A stretch of DNA of 64,000 nucleotides from a virus. Position 1 is the stretch's first letter, and every line of letters starts with the position of its first letter. Positions 1 to 10,402 of the stretch are shown piece after piece. The notes under the pieces were generated by a model, which was not told the origin of the DNA, searched no databases, and saw only the letters and a list, made by a program, of their open reading frames with translations. The stretch is taken from positions 2,776-66,775 of IMG/VR virus record IMGVR_UViG_3300042562_001046; one strand, written 5' to 3'. Position numbers and translations under genes: made by a program.

Positions 1-2461
1 TTGTGGCAAACATGTCCCCGCCCTGGCTGCTGGTGCGCAGATTTCCCGTCGCGTGGAAGCCGTAGACGTCCGGCGCTCCATTCTTGTCGACGAGCTTGTC
101 GTTCATGCGCTGATCGAACGCTGTCGTCCCGTCGGCGCCCGGGTTGTCCTGCAGGCCCTGCTCCTGGCCGGTCATAGCCCGCTCGTCAGCCGTCCCCAGA
201 CCCGAGGTTTTCTCCGGCTCACCGTTCAGCAGCTCGAGCACGCGGCTGACGCCATCGGCGCCAAACGTCTCGTCCATCGCTTTGCGAGCGCCGGGGGTCT
301 TGGTCATCCCGTCGGCGTACATCTCATGGACCTTCAGCAGCTCGGAGCGGCCGTCAGGTGTGTCAAGGTTGATGCCCTGCTTCAACAGATTGTTGCGGAC
401 GTCCGGCCCGAGCAGATCAACCGCCTGGCGTCCCAAGGCGTCGCGCTGCGCCGCAACGCGTGCGGCACCGTTGGGCTGCATCAACTGCTGCGCCTCCTGC
501 TGCATATAGGCGATGGCCTGCTGAGACTTTGGTCCTAAGATCGAACCAAGACGTTCGATTACTTCAGGCGTGTTCTCCTTGAACGCGCTATAGGCGTCCA
601 GCGCCAGCCGGTTCAGCTTGGCCTCTTTTGGGCCGAGCCCTGCGTCACGCGGGGCACGTGCCGACGACTCCATGTTCCACTGATTAGTCATGTCCGCCAG
701 CGTGAACGCGAGGTTCCGAGCCAGCGCTTTCTGAGTGACGGCCTGGCGCTGGTTCGTCCACGACCGCTGGGCCATGTCTGCCGCGTAGCTGCCAGCCAGA
801 TCAGCCCGTTGGCCAAAGTCCACCGCTGCGTTGTACGACGCGCCCTGGGCCAGCGCCTGATCAGCGGCCTGTTTGCCCTGCACCCCGTAGAGCCGGTCGC
901 GAAAGCCCTGGAACGACTCACCTTCGTCGTTGGCCTGTTCGTTTTTCTTCGACAGACCGTCAGAGACACCGTTGAACACCGCCTTGGCAAATCCGGCTAC
1001 GCCCCTGGCTGCGCCGGCCACGCCGCGCCCGGCCAGCTCGCCACCTTTGGACAGAAGCCGCCCCAGAGCTGCACTGCGCTCTTCCGCTTGGCCCATCAGG
1101 CTCTGGGTCTTCAGATGATTAGCGCCCTCCTCCACCGCCGCCTGCCGTTCTTCGTCCGTACCGCCCACAATCCGGTCGAGGATGTCCTGAGCTTTCTCAT
1201 CGTCGAGCATCGCGTTGAGCTTGTCGCTCACCAGCTGACCGCGCTTGGCGTCGTTGCTCATCAGCCAGCTCTGAATGTCAGCAGGAGAAGTCACGCCCTC
1301 AGGCTGGACCTGCATTAGGATGTCGTTTTCCTCTTTGCTGGTCTTGACCTTCGACACTACGTTCTGCGTGGCAGCTTTGAGGTTGTCCAGCAGTGCCTGG
1401 GACGACATCTCGCCGTTTTCGTTTGACATCAGGTCCGTCACCGTGCCGCGTGCCTGGTTGATCACCTTGCCGGCAGCGTCACGCGCCTGCTGCACCGGGG
1501 CTGAGTTGTTCAGGAGGTCGACGGTGTCGCCAGCCACACCCGCCACGCGCTGAGCGGCCTCGCCCACGCGCTGGCCTGCGTCGCCCACGCGCCGGTAACC
1601 AGAGTCTGCCAGCGCACTTGCCCCGACCAGCGGGCCGGAGCCTACTGCGCCACCGGCAAAGCTGTTGACGTTCTCCATGAAGTCACCGCTGGTGTCCCGC
1701 TCTGGGTTGAGCTGGCCGCGTGCGTACTGGGACCCCATGCCCTGCAGCGTCTCGGTACCGCCCTCGGCCAACATGCCGAGCCCGGTCTTCGCGAGCGGTG
1801 ACATGCTGCGGACTCCCTGGCGCAGCCCCGCGCCGGTCAGCTGCCGGCCGAGGTAGGCGGGCAGGAATGTGTCCAGCACCGCCCCGCCGTAGCCGTACCC
1901 CTCTGACGAGTCGCGCAGCGACTGCGGCGACGTGTTCTCCATCAGTACCTTGTCGCGGCCAGCCTCGCCCAGGTACTCGCCGGCCAGCTGCCGCTGGTTC
2001 ATCATGTAGGGCACGCCGAGCGAGCCGAACTGCGCCAGGGCTCCGACGCCCTTGGCGATCGGGTTCGGAATTGCCGAGGCGATGCGCCCGACCATCCCGA
2101 GCCCACCAGACACCGCCAGTGGCTCAACCATGGAGGCCGCGCCCTGCCCGACTTGACCAGCGGCCCAGTCCAGCCCGTCGCCCACGCCATTGATGTCCTC
2201 AATCCGCCCGACGCGTGGCGCGTACATCCGCTGGCGCTGCTCCAGCGCACCCACCTGGTCGCGCAGGGTTTTCTCACCAGCTGCATCGCCGGCAATCTGT
2301 GCCTTGAGCGCATCCACCCGCATCGGGTTCATCTCGGTGCCAATACGGCCTGACTCCCAGCCTCGGCGCAGATCGCCCATGCCGGACACCATGAGCTTTT
2401 CTCGGTCCAGCGCAGAAATGTCGCCTGGAGCGTCGAACAGTGGGCTGCGCAGGGTTGCCAT
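1..2461 (-). CDS. Giant virion/ejection protein, N-terminal part (runs off the left edge; missing from the ORF track)
   Basis: ATG at 2461 overlaps the stop of the upstream gene. I translated an open frame (MATLRSPLFDAPGDIS...GGDMFAT) to position 2. It is Ala/Gly-rich with MLAEGGTETLQ-type segments typical of podovirus internal proteins. Confidence 0.8.
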   Translation of the reverse strand, partial: MATLRSPLFDAPGDISALDREKLMVSGMGDLRRGWESGRIGTEMNPMRVDALKAQIAGDAAGEKTLRDQVGALEQRQRMYAPRVGRIEDINGVGDGLDWAAGQVGQGAASMVEPLAVSGGLGMVGRIASAIPNPIAKGVGALAQFGSLGVPYMMNQRQLAGEYLGEAGRDKVLMENTSPQSLRDSSEGYGYGGAVLDTFLPAYLGRQLTGAGLRQGVRSMSPLAKTGLGMLAEGGTETLQGMGSQYARGQLNPERDTSGDFMENVNSFAGGAVGSGPLVGASALADSGYRRVGDAGQRVGEAAQRVAGVAGDTVDLLNNSAPVQQARDAAGKVINQARGTVTDLMSNENGEMSSQALLDNLKAATQNVVSKVKTSKEENDILMQVQPEGVTSPADIQSWLMSNDAKRGQLVSDKLNAMLDDEKAQDILDRIVGGTDEERQAAVEEGANHLKTQSLMGQAEERSAALGRLLSKGGELAGRGVAGAARGVAGFAKAVFNGVSDGLSKKNEQANDEGESFQGFRDRLYGVQGKQAADQALAQGASYNAAVDFGQRADLAGSYAADMAQRSWTNQRQAVTQKALARNLAFTLADMTNQWNMESSARAPRDAGLGPKEAKLNRLALDAYSAFKENTPEVIERLGSILGPKSQQAIAYMQQEAQQLMQPNGAARVAAQRDALGRQAVDLLGPDVRNNLLKQGINLDTPDGRSELLKVHEMYADGMTKTPGARKAMDETFGADGVSRVLELLNGEPEKTSGLGTADERAMTGQEQGLQDNPGADGTTAFDQRMNDKLVDKNGAPDVYGFHATGNLRTSSQGGDMFAT

Positions 2462-4896
2462 TATTTTGTAGCTCCAATTTGTACGCCGTTGTCTTTGAGA
2501 AACTTGAGGTGTTCGCCAGACAGGTTGTCAAGGTAGATCGGATTGCTGCCGGGAAAGCGCAGAACTCTGGCACCAGCGCTCGTCCCCGGGGTCATCTTGC
2601 CTTCGACAAAACCGACCACCTCCAGCTTCGCTTTTGACAGCTCTTCGGGTGGTGGCAAGCCGCCAAACGGCGTGTCAGCCGCGCTAAGCCCTGCTGCCTG
2701 CATCCAGGTGTTGTTCTGGTTTTTCTTGGCCGATTCGAGGATGCTCACGTACGAGACGGCGTCATTTCTGTACTTCGTCCGCTCGGTGCTTGACATCCTG
2801 CTGTAGCCCCCGTTAGTCGCCCGATCCACAATCAGCTTGGCCCGAGCTTCCATGTCTGGGCGGTCCATAACGCTGCCGTCCGCCTTCGTGGTGCTGAACA
2901 GCCCTTTGAAGTCAGCTGCCGCATCTTGGTTCGCCGCCCGACCTTGCTCGAGACCCTTGTCGTAGCGCTCGTCCCGGTATTTGCGCTCACCGACCATCGC
3001 GTCATAGCGCAGCCGGTTCCGGTTCGAGTTGCTGGTCAGCTCGTTGCCGTACGTCGTCGTCTCGTTAGTGTTTTCGTTGTTGAGCCTCGAAGTCGCGTTG
3101 GTCTCGCTGTTGTTGAACCGCGAAGTCGCGTTGGTCGCGTCAATGTTCCTGCGCGACAACACGCGGTCGGCTTCGAGTCGATCGTCTTTGCGCTGGCGCA
3201 TCTCGTCGACCCAGCTGGTCGGCTTCTCACGCAGTGCCGGTGCAGCGGCAGCAGCGGGCTGAGCGTACTGGGTCGGCGCGTAGGCACGGCGCAGCTGGTC
3301 CTGAGTCGGCCCGGGCTCGGGGGCGTAGCTGCGGCTGTCAAAGCTGGTGATCTTGCCGGTGCTGTTGTTGCGCATGGCACCGGTGCCACGCGGCACATAC
3401 ACGTCACTGTCGTCGATCATCTTGGCGGCGGCGGCGTACTCTGGAGTTCCAGCCCGCAGGGATGAGTAGGGCTGGCCGAACTGAGGCTGAGCCGGGGCCG
3501 CAGCCGGACTCTGCGCGGCGCCTGGGGGTTGTGCAGCACCCGGGGCTGAGGCAGACCCAGGAGTCACGAACATAGATGAGCGCGGGTCGTCAAAGCCATT
3601 GAACTGCGTGCGCGTATCCAGACGCAGACCTGTTCGATCGGCCGCAGCCGCTGTTTGGTTTGGTCCTGTGGAGTAAGTTTTGCTTGCGCCGGGGAGCGCA
3701 GCAGCGGCTTGTTGGGCGATCATCTTGCTGTCGTCCACGCCCCAGTCTTGGCCGAAAAACCCACCCGCATTCCTCAGCGTGCGGTTTATTACCTGGCCCA
3801 CGTTGTCGCGCCCGGTTTCGCCCAAAGCTGAGCTAATTCCACCCGCAGCCATCTTGCCGCCTTCGTACAGACCCCGGCCAGCGAGGTACGTAGCAGCGGC
3901 GGGCGCAGCCGGGGTGAGCAGCCCAGCGCTCGCGGTTAAGTCGGCAGCGCCTTTGGCAGCTTTCCATCCGTCGTTGTTGTAGACGCCGTCCCCAAGCTCA
4001 TAAGCAGCAGCAGCGGGCCCAAGTTTCCTGGCAGCAGCACCGACAAGTTTGCCTGCGCCCGAGGTAGGGGCGGAGAGAAAGCTGGAGTTTTTTACGCTGT
4101 CGACAGCGGTCCTAAGCATGCCAGGGCCTGCAGCGCTTGCGGGTTTTGGCGCAAGCCCTTTGATGTTCTCAGGCTCTGTGAATCTGGTCGGATCGAACAC
4201 TTTGGCCGGCCCAGTTGGCACCGGGTTAGCGGCTCGCTCTGCGGCCTGCCCTGCGCTGAGAGCTTCTTGCGCGGCTCGCTGCGACGCCATGGCTCCTTGT
4301 GCAGCTTGCGCCTGGGGCGATAGCGGTCGAAGTTGTGGCTCGGGGGGCGGAGCGGGTGTCACCAGCTTTGCTGCCGCCGCTTGTTGGCCGGCAAGCGCGG
4401 CCTGCTCGGCGCGTTGCGCGGTGCTCGCAGCAGACGCTGCCATACCCTGAGGCGACTGGGGCACGTATGGTTTTCGGGCTGGCCCCGTCGGTTCTTCGGC
4501 ATTGAAAGGTGTTGCGCCGAGCGACGTCGTCGCGGGACTGCGGGCCGCAGCTTTGGCATCTATTTCTCGCTGCGTCGCCTCAGCCCACTTCGAAAAACCG
4601 TCATTCGCCCGCAGCATCCCGCCACTCATCGCCTTGGCGTCGGCCTCCTCCGGCGTCGTGCCCTTCTGGGCCAGCACCTCACCGCGCAGGCTGCGCAGCT
4701 CCTCGCGCAGCCCCGGGGCTGCCTGCATCATGTCGTTGCTCACCACCGACTCGCCCGGCTCGTAGAGTGCCGGGATCTTGTCCCCACTGCCCTTGCCGGG
4801 TACCTCTCCAGCTCCCTGCATCGGCTGGCGGTCAGCCCACCGGGAGACCCGCTCGCCGCCATCAGCCATGCGCAGGTAGTTGGATTTGACTTTCAT
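2461..4896 (-). CDS. Putative internal virion (DNA ejection) protein
   Basis: Long Ala/Pro/Gly-rich ORF in the late operon. Start moved to MKVKSNY (ATG at 4896, GGAG RBS upstream). Confidence 0.65.
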   Translation of the reverse strand: MKVKSNYLRMADGGERVSRWADRQPMQGAGEVPGKGSGDKIPALYEPGESVVSNDMMQAAPGLREELRSLRGEVLAQKGTTPEEADAKAMSGGMLRANDGFSKWAEATQREIDAKAAARSPATTSLGATPFNAEEPTGPARKPYVPQSPQGMAASAASTAQRAEQAALAGQQAAAAKLVTPAPPPEPQLRPLSPQAQAAQGAMASQRAAQEALSAGQAAERAANPVPTGPAKVFDPTRFTEPENIKGLAPKPASAAGPGMLRTAVDSVKNSSFLSAPTSGAGKLVGAAARKLGPAAAAYELGDGVYNNDGWKAAKGAADLTASAGLLTPAAPAAATYLAGRGLYEGGKMAAGGISSALGETGRDNVGQVINRTLRNAGGFFGQDWGVDDSKMIAQQAAAALPGASKTYSTGPNQTAAAADRTGLRLDTRTQFNGFDDPRSSMFVTPGSASAPGAAQPPGAAQSPAAAPAQPQFGQPYSSLRAGTPEYAAAAKMIDDSDVYVPRGTGAMRNNSTGKITSFDSRSYAPEPGPTQDQLRRAYAPTQYAQPAAAAAPALREKPTSWVDEMRQRKDDRLEADRVLSRRNIDATNATSRFNNSETNATSRLNNENTNETTTYGNELTSNSNRNRLRYDAMVGERKYRDERYDKGLEQGRAANQDAAADFKGLFSTTKADGSVMDRPDMEARAKLIVDRATNGGYSRMSSTERTKYRNDAVSYVSILESAKKNQNNTWMQAAGLSAADTPFGGLPPPEELSKAKLEVVGFVEGKMTPGTSAGARVLRFPGSNPIYLDNLSGEHLKFLKDNGVQIGATK

Positions 4897-4905
4897 GATT
4901 TCTCC

Positions 4906-4925
4906 ATCTATCTTAGATTTTAGAT
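4906..4925 (-). promoter_or_regulatory. 20-bp dispersed motif copy (ATCTAAAATCTAAGATAGAT)
   Basis: Matches consensus ATCTAAnATCTAAnTTAGAA and lies about 10 nt before the ATG at 4896. Confidence 0.7.
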
Positions 4926-7873
4926 CAAGCGGACTGATCGACCGTGGCAATACCGACCACCTGGTTCAGCGCACCCGCCATCGCTTTACCCACGGCGTCG
5001 GTACCGGCAGTGGCCGCCTTCATCTTGATGTCCCACAGCTGCCGGCCTTGTTCGAGGTTGAGCTTGACGTTTTCGATCGCGATCTTCGAGGACGAGTCGA
5101 ACGAGGCGATGTCGAGCCTGCCCATCCCGTCGTACACGCTGGACACCGCACGAAACGCCTCTGTGCGAGCGGCGTAAGCTCTCGAGTTGGCCTCGTTGTT
5201 CTGTGCGTTGGCCTGGGCCTCGGCCTGATACACCTGAGCCTGGGCCACTGCAGCAGCGATGCCGACCCGGGCGTTTTCCTGCAGCACCCGAGCGTTAGAC
5301 TCATAGACTGCTGCGTTAGCCCGAGCAATCTCGGCGACCGTACCCTGGCTGGCGACCTGGGCCTTGAACACCTCGGCCTTGGCCATGTCGCCTCGGATCT
5401 GGGCTTCGTACCCCTGAACTTGGAGGGTCTCACCGCGCAGCATCTCCGAATAGGCGCTCACCTCGGACTTGAACGCTTCGAGCTTCAGCCGCTCGACGTC
5501 CACCAGCCCCTGGATCGCCGACACATCGGCGCGGTACATATCGACCAGCGCTTTCTGAGCGTCTATTTGGGCAGTGTAGATAGCCACCCTGTTCTTTTCG
5601 ACATCAAGCGCGGTCTGAGTAATAGTCTGCTGCACTGCGGCGTCAGTCCTGTAGATGTCAAAACTCGTCTTTGCGCCCTCGAGTTCGGCGCTGAAGATCT
5701 GAGCCCGATTCTTCTGGATGTTGATCGCAGACTCAGTAATGTTCTGCTGGACTGACGCGTCTGTCCTGTAGACCTCAGCGGCTGTTTTGATCCCGTCGAG
5801 CTGAACCCCATACACCTGGGCGGCAATCTTTTGCGCCTCGATCGCAGTCTGGGTAATGGTCTGCTGCACCGCGGCATCAGTCCTGTAGATGTCAAAACTC
5901 GTCTTCGCGCCCTCGAGTTCGGCGCTGAAGATCTGAGCCCGGTTCTTCTGGATGTTGATCGCAGACTCAGTAATGTTCTGCTGGACTGACGCGTCTATTC
6001 TGTACACCTCAGCGGCTGTCTTGATGCCGTCAAGCTGAACCCCGAACAGCTGGGCCTGGTTCTTCTGGATGTTTATCTTGGAGTCTGCGATGCTCTGCTG
6101 TACGCCCGCATCGGTCCGGTACATGTCGAGCAGTACCTTCTGTCCCTCGTTCTGCGCGGTGAACAGATGTACTTTATGTTTCTGCAGGTCAGCCTGGACG
6201 CCGTACACCTGAAGCTTTACTTTCTGCGACTCGATCTGAGCTAAAGCACCACGTACGCCCGCTTCGTACGCCGCGATTTCGGTCTTACATTTTTCCAAAA
6301 ACTTGTCAAACCGAGTGACACTCATGTTATACATCGAGACGGCAAACTCGGCCCCAGCCTTGGCGGCGTTCAGCGTCCGCTCCATCACGTTCATGTGAAG
6401 GTCAAGCGACATTTTCTCGAAGGCCATGGCTTGCGCGATGGTGTACTTCCGGTTCTCGACGTACATATCTGCCCGCTTCAGGGCGATTTCACGCGACGCG
6501 GTGCTGATCTTTTCTGCGCCGTCTTGCTGAGCGCTCTGAATCTGCGCCAGTAACGCCCCAGGCGGCAAAGAGAACCCCCGCGCTGCCATCTGGCGTGATG
6601 CTTCCATAGTGACCACTTGGGCACTGCGTAGTTCGCGTTCTCTGGCCCTCTGCCACAACCCGTCCTCGTCCCCTTCGTTGATGCCGTACCCGCCATCCTG
6701 CAGGTCGCGGTACAGCGCAGATACGGTGGCTTTAGACAAGGTATCGACCACCGATTTGTAGTCGTCCTCTTCGAACTCAAAGATGTTGGTGGGGGTGATC
6801 AGCGGGTCTGTTGGTACAGTAATTGTCAGAAGCCGGACCTCTGTCTCGCTTATCCCGGGGAACACAATATCCTCGAGCACCGGGGCAGTCGGGAGGATCA
6901 TGGTCGGCCGTTCCACAGGCGTCAGGTCGACGTTGTCAAAAGACGGGCGGTCGGGTATTTCGAGATCGGGCCTATCCGGTGCGATCGGAGTAATCGTCTC
7001 GAACGTCGGGGCCGACGGCACTACGCCCAAGGGGCGAGCCACTGTGCCGGGAGTGAGGGCGCTGAAGTTCGGCGCAGTGGGCAGTACAAGGTCTGGCCTG
7101 GTCGGTGCAATCGGAGTGATCGTCTCAAATGTCGGGGCTGACGGCACTACGCCCAAAGGGCGAGCCACTGCGCCCGGAGTAAGGGTGCTGAAGTTCGGCG
7201 CGGTCGGCAGTACGAGGTCGGGTCTGGTCGGTGCGATCGGGGTGATCGTCTCAAACGTCGGAACCGACGGCACTGCACCCAACGGTCGAGCCACTGTGCC
7301 CGGAGTAAGGGCGCTGAAGCTCGGCGCTGCAGGCAGTACGAGGTTAGGTCTGGTCGGTGCGATCTGTTTGATCGTCTCAAATGTCGGGGCCGACGGCACT
7401 ACGCCCAACGGGCGAGCCACTGTGCCGGGAGTGATCGTGAGGAAGCTCGGCGCTGCAGGCAGTACGAGGTCAGGCCTAACCGGTGCCTCGGGTAGGGTCA
7501 GCTCTGGAGCTTCACCGCCGAAGGTCATTTTGCCGACGATCGGGGCTACGCCGGTACTCAGCGCCTGCAGTGTGGGGGTGACGTACGAAGGGGCCGCCGG
7601 GCCTGCCGCAACAGTCGGGGCGGTAGGTACGAAGATCTTCACGCCAGTGCCCATAGCCTTGGGCGTGTCCGGCATAACCAATGCCTTTGAGATTAACGTG
7701 GCGAGCTCAGTCTTGAGCGGTCCGACGTCGGTTACTGCCGGCACCGTCCCGGCAGCAACTGGGCTGTATGCCCCCGTGTAGTTCTTCAGTAGGGCCAAGA
7801 ACCCGTCGAGCTGGTTCGCATACTTCTGCGCGTTGTTGTTTGCCGCAATCTGGAGGTCGCCTGCGATGCTCAT
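4925..7873 (-). CDS. Virion structural protein with Pro-rich 42-aa repeats and coiled-coil 39-aa repeats
   Basis: 982-aa ORF with a conserved-looking core (AARGFSLPPGALLAQ) and two internal repeat blocks. Confidence 0.75.
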   Translation of the reverse strand: MSIAGDLQIAANNNAQKYANQLDGFLALLKNYTGAYSPVAAGTVPAVTDVGPLKTELATLISKALVMPDTPKAMGTGVKIFVPTAPTVAAGPAAPSYVTPTLQALSTGVAPIVGKMTFGGEAPELTLPEAPVRPDLVLPAAPSFLTITPGTVARPLGVVPSAPTFETIKQIAPTRPNLVLPAAPSFSALTPGTVARPLGAVPSVPTFETITPIAPTRPDLVLPTAPNFSTLTPGAVARPLGVVPSAPTFETITPIAPTRPDLVLPTAPNFSALTPGTVARPLGVVPSAPTFETITPIAPDRPDLEIPDRPSFDNVDLTPVERPTMILPTAPVLEDIVFPGISETEVRLLTITVPTDPLITPTNIFEFEEDDYKSVVDTLSKATVSALYRDLQDGGYGINEGDEDGLWQRARERELRSAQVVTMEASRQMAARGFSLPPGALLAQIQSAQQDGAEKISTASREIALKRADMYVENRKYTIAQAMAFEKMSLDLHMNVMERTLNAAKAGAEFAVSMYNMSVTRFDKFLEKCKTEIAAYEAGVRGALAQIESQKVKLQVYGVQADLQKHKVHLFTAQNEGQKVLLDMYRTDAGVQQSIADSKINIQKNQAQLFGVQLDGIKTAAEVYRIDASVQQNITESAINIQKNRAQIFSAELEGAKTSFDIYRTDAAVQQTITQTAIEAQKIAAQVYGVQLDGIKTAAEVYRTDASVQQNITESAINIQKNRAQIFSAELEGAKTSFDIYRTDAAVQQTITQTALDVEKNRVAIYTAQIDAQKALVDMYRADVSAIQGLVDVERLKLEAFKSEVSAYSEMLRGETLQVQGYEAQIRGDMAKAEVFKAQVASQGTVAEIARANAAVYESNARVLQENARVGIAAAVAQAQVYQAEAQANAQNNEANSRAYAARTEAFRAVSSVYDGMGRLDIASFDSSSKIAIENVKLNLEQGRQLWDIKMKAATAGTDAVGKAMAGALNQVVGIATVDQSA
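5530..6130. repeat. 117-bp (39-aa) tandem repeat, about 5 units, with 234-bp higher-order duplication
   Basis: GTCCTGTAGATGTCAAAACTC occurs at 5646 and 5880 (234 bp apart). YRxD..VQQ recurs every 39 aa. Confidence 0.9.
6960..7490. repeat. 126-bp (42-aa) tandem repeat, 4 full copies plus a partial
   Basis: GACGGCAC occurs at 7014, 7140, 7266 and 7392. Confidence 0.95.
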
Positions 7874-7882
7874 GGTGTTTCC

Positions 7883-10399
7883 TTAGATTCGGCGCGTGCT
7901 GGGCGCGACGTTGAGTCCGAGCTGACCAAAGTCAAAGTCAGCCCCGTTGGTGTTGTTGAGGGCAAACTGCCACGCCTTGCCGCGCAGCCCCTGGGGGATG
8001 GCGACACGGCGCTGCACCAGGCCTGTGCGGGCCTGCGCCGACAACGTCACGTTGACAGGCGCAGCCTCATCGACAGTCAGCGTGAGTGTGAGGTCGCCAG
8101 CAGTGCGCAGGGTCATGTAGGCGTCGGTCATCCGCTTCTGGTGCGGATCCTTGAAGTCGAGCAGCCCCGTGGCGAACCCGGCCGAGATGGGCACCCCGGC
8201 ATCATCGTTCCCGACGTCCAGCCGGCACAAACCATTTGGTCCAGCGCCGTAGTACACCCCGTTGAGTTCACAGAACGAGTTGAAAGGGTAGTTTTCGTAG
8301 GAGGAGACGGCCGCGGTCCGGGTGCAGACGACCATTACGACCTGCTGGGTCTGCAGCCGGCCCAGTGCGTCCAGCACAGCCCGAAGCGCAGGGATGCGGG
8401 CCTCGACCGTACCTACGGCCCCGAAGCCTGCATCTAGAGAGGCGACCAGAGTCTTCAGCCCTCCGCTGATCACCGCCGGGGAGCCCGCGTAGGCCTCGAC
8501 CGCAGCAACCGATAGGCGCTGCGTGACGCCGATGATGCCGATACCGCCAGCGAAGGCTGTTATTTTGGGCTCGATGCTGGGCAGCAGCGCAGCAATCTCG
8601 CAGAACGTCAGGCCATTCAAAACCGCATCGACGGCCGTCAAAGGAGCTGAAATCTTCGCGGTGTACCCGGCCTTGGTAGTCACAGCCGCCTGCACCGTCG
8701 TCAGGCCTGCGCTGATGGTATGACCACCGACGATCAGGGCCTGAACCGTAGGGCTGGACGCCGTGATGACAGCCGGAGTGCCTACCCTGCCAGCGGCAGC
8801 GGCGCGTACCGTCGTCAGACCTGCGCTGATGGTATGACCGCCGACGATCAGGGCCTGAACCGTAGGGCTGGACGCCGTGATGACAGCCGGAGTGCCTGCG
8901 CTGCCAGCGGCAGCAGCCTGCACCGCCGTCAGGCCTGCGCTGATGGTGTGACCACCGACGATCAGGGCCTGAACCGTAGGGCAGGACGCCGTGATGACAG
9001 CCGGAGTGCCTACGCTGCCAGCGGCAGCCGCCTGCACCGTCGTCAGCTCCCCGACGATACGGCTCTCTCCTCCGACCATCAGCACGCCGAGTGCCGGCAG
9101 CCGCGCTGTTACGTCAGACCGTCCGCCGGTCGCCGTCGACTTCATGGTCGGTAGCGCGGCGGCGATCTCAGCCGCCGCACCCTGGAAAGCGGTCGACACG
9201 TTGCTCAGGGCCGGAAGCGCCGCGGCGATACCGTACACACCCCCGACGACGGCGCTGGTCAGCAGTGGGAGCTTGGCGTCGATCGTGCGGTCGTTGACCA
9301 GCACCTCGATGCTCGAGGTGAGCGCAAACAGCTCGGCGGTGATCTGGTCCGACTGCGCCTCAAGTGCGGCTGTCGAAGCGGGGAGCCTACCGTTTATTGT
9401 CTGCAGCCCTGCCAGCTGGGTCAGCGCGGCGCCCAGCAGGGGCAGCCGGGCGTAGATGCCCAGGTTGCCGTAGAAGTCAGCCTCGCCACCGGCCACTGCG
9501 CCACCTGCACCGACGGCGACGACCCCGAGCTTCGGGCTGACAGAGACAAACAGCGCTTCGCCAGAACCCGTCGCGCCGCCGACCCCAGCAACTCTGTACC
9601 CCACGGCTGCTCTTCCGCCGCCCTTCGCACCGCCGGTGCCCTCGAACGCAGCGCCGACGGACGGGCTGGTAAATCCGTACTGAGCTTCGCCCGAGCCTGT
9701 GGCCCCGCCAGTGCCGACCACCGGCCGGACCCCTGCAACGCCCGTCTCCAGAAAGCCGGAGAGACGGATACCTTCAGTGCGAGCGACGGCAAGCGCACCG
9801 GAGGTGAGCCACGAGCTGAGGCGGATACCGACCACCGCCAAAGCCGTTGTTTTGTAGGCCGAGGCTGACCCGGAGCCGGAGGCCCCGCCAGTGGCGACCC
9901 AGGCCCGCTTCTTGGCGACCGCCGCTACGCCACCGCCCAGCGCCCCGCCGCTGGCGACAACGACAACATTGCCGCCGGTGATCGCGGTGGCCACACCGCC
10001 GCCGAGGGCGCCGCCGCTGGCGGTGTGCCCCATCCCGCCGACGCGGTTGACGATCGTGGCGCTTCCGCTGCCGAGGGCACCGCCGCTGGCGACAACGGCG
10101 ATTCCGCCTTTTCTGGTGGCGACGACCGCCACGCCGCCGCCCTTACCGCCGCCTGACGCTGTCATCGAGAAGACTGATGCGACCTGCCGCGACGGCATCG
10201 AGAACGACGCGTCGACGAGTTCGCCGACAGCCACGGCGGTGTCGATTGTCGCTACGGGTAACGAGGATGATGCGTCAACAACATTGCCGAACCACGCGGC
10301 ACCGGCGATTGTTTGAAGCGGGACCGAGACACTCCCGGTCAAGAACCCGGGGTTAAGAAGAACGCCCGCGACCGTCTTGACCGGAATCGTGACGGGCAT
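7883..10399 (-). CDS. Gly/Ala-rich virion tail/appendage protein
   Basis: 838 aa with GGAxGxG repeats in the N-terminal half, 38-aa repeats, and a C-terminal tail-stabilisation-like domain (YENYPFNSF...QGLRGKAWQF). Confidence 0.7.
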   Translation of the reverse strand: MPVTIPVKTVAGVLLNPGFLTGSVSVPLQTIAGAAWFGNVVDASSSLPVATIDTAVAVGELVDASFSMPSRQVASVFSMTASGGGKGGGVAVVATRKGGIAVVASGGALGSGSATIVNRVGGMGHTASGGALGGGVATAITGGNVVVVASGGALGGGVAAVAKKRAWVATGGASGSGSASAYKTTALAVVGIRLSSWLTSGALAVARTEGIRLSGFLETGVAGVRPVVGTGGATGSGEAQYGFTSPSVGAAFEGTGGAKGGGRAAVGYRVAGVGGATGSGEALFVSVSPKLGVVAVGAGGAVAGGEADFYGNLGIYARLPLLGAALTQLAGLQTINGRLPASTAALEAQSDQITAELFALTSSIEVLVNDRTIDAKLPLLTSAVVGGVYGIAAALPALSNVSTAFQGAAAEIAAALPTMKSTATGGRSDVTARLPALGVLMVGGESRIVGELTTVQAAAAGSVGTPAVITASCPTVQALIVGGHTISAGLTAVQAAAAGSAGTPAVITASSPTVQALIVGGHTISAGLTTVRAAAAGRVGTPAVITASSPTVQALIVGGHTISAGLTTVQAAVTTKAGYTAKISAPLTAVDAVLNGLTFCEIAALLPSIEPKITAFAGGIGIIGVTQRLSVAAVEAYAGSPAVISGGLKTLVASLDAGFGAVGTVEARIPALRAVLDALGRLQTQQVVMVVCTRTAAVSSYENYPFNSFCELNGVYYGAGPNGLCRLDVGNDDAGVPISAGFATGLLDFKDPHQKRMTDAYMTLRTAGDLTLTLTVDEAAPVNVTLSAQARTGLVQRRVAIPQGLRGKAWQFALNNTNGADFDFGQLGLNVAPSTRRI
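8685..9045. repeat. 114-bp (38-aa) tandem repeat, 3 copies
   Basis: GATCAGGGCCTGAACC occurs at 8732, 8846 and 8960. Confidence 0.95.
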
Positions 10400-10402
10400 G
10401 GT

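Noticed and set aside
6783-7781. 332-aa repetitive plus-strand ORF
   Set aside because: Mirror of the 42-aa repeat block on the coding minus strand.
5530-9045. CRISPR array or DGR template/variable repeats
   Set aside because: The repeats are in-frame coding units without unique spacers. I saw no reverse transcriptase gene or adenine-specific variation.
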